From positions 3,658,001 to 3,722,000 of the forward strand of contig OZ176052.1 in assembly GCA_964247055.1 (NCBI GenBank): DNA of 64,000 nt, written 5' to 3'. Positions within the stretch are counted from its first letter, which is position 1, and each line of letters opens with the position of its first letter. The translations under genes and the position numbers were made by a program. Shown piece by piece: positions 63,803 to 64,000 of this stretch. Source of the DNA: Paragordius varius. Its lineage: Eukaryota > Animalia > Nematomorpha. The notes beneath the pieces are model-generated. The model was not told where the DNA came from. It was given only the letters and a program-made list of their open reading frames with translations, and made no database searches.

Positions 63803-64000
63803 TGTATTAGTTATAGTGTGGATTATGATTGTAACGTTTCCAAAAATATGTTGGAATTTTCCGTAGGGCATCATATAGTCAGCATTGATCTAAAAGTGGT
63901 TGAGTTTCTGCACGGGACATTTGTTTAAGGTGAACCAAAATATCTTTTTTGGTTATTATACCCAAGAGTTGACTATAAATGTGTTTACAAATATGTTATT

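Noticed and set aside
1-64000. Minor-spliceosome (AT-AC/U12) or GC-AG introns, tRNA/rRNA genes, and a species assignment
   Set aside because: All modelled introns are GT-AG without the U12 GTATCCTT signature, and I recognised no tRNA or rRNA. Gene content indicates a muscle-bearing invertebrate, but naming the taxon needs a database search I cannot run.

Overview
AT-rich, intron-containing nuclear DNA of an invertebrate animal; I cannot name the taxon from sequence alone. I reconstructed six protein-coding genes exon by exon, with splice phases checked. In order they are: YPEL5/Yippee with a ~285-aa disordered C-terminal extension (-, 325-8723); a multiple-cysteine-cluster Toll-like receptor (-, 14510-22794, possible signal-peptide exon at 26798-26883); NudC (-, 28222-29764); RIOX1/NO66 JmjC hydroxylase (+, 29954-37108), head-to-head with NudC across only 189 bp; a divergent Q50 PRD-class homeobox gene (+, 38440-45252); and a Zasp52/ALP-1-type PDZ-ZM-4xLIM gene (-, 46774-59511). 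An intact-looking U6 snRNA gene lies antisense inside a YPEL5 intron. Introns and spacers hold many non-autonomous DNA transposons (TA-, TTAA- and 8-bp-TSD types, some nested), a MULE-like relic and RTE-like LINE fragments, one apparently 5'-inverted. The most striking signal is a cluster of ultra-short GT-AG introns (22, 28 and 30 nt, and probably a second 22 nt). They occur only on the two flanks of the NudC/RIOX1 bidirectional promoter, while every other modelled intron in the window is 77-3454 nt. All gene models are sequence-based predictions; no transcript data or database searches were available.
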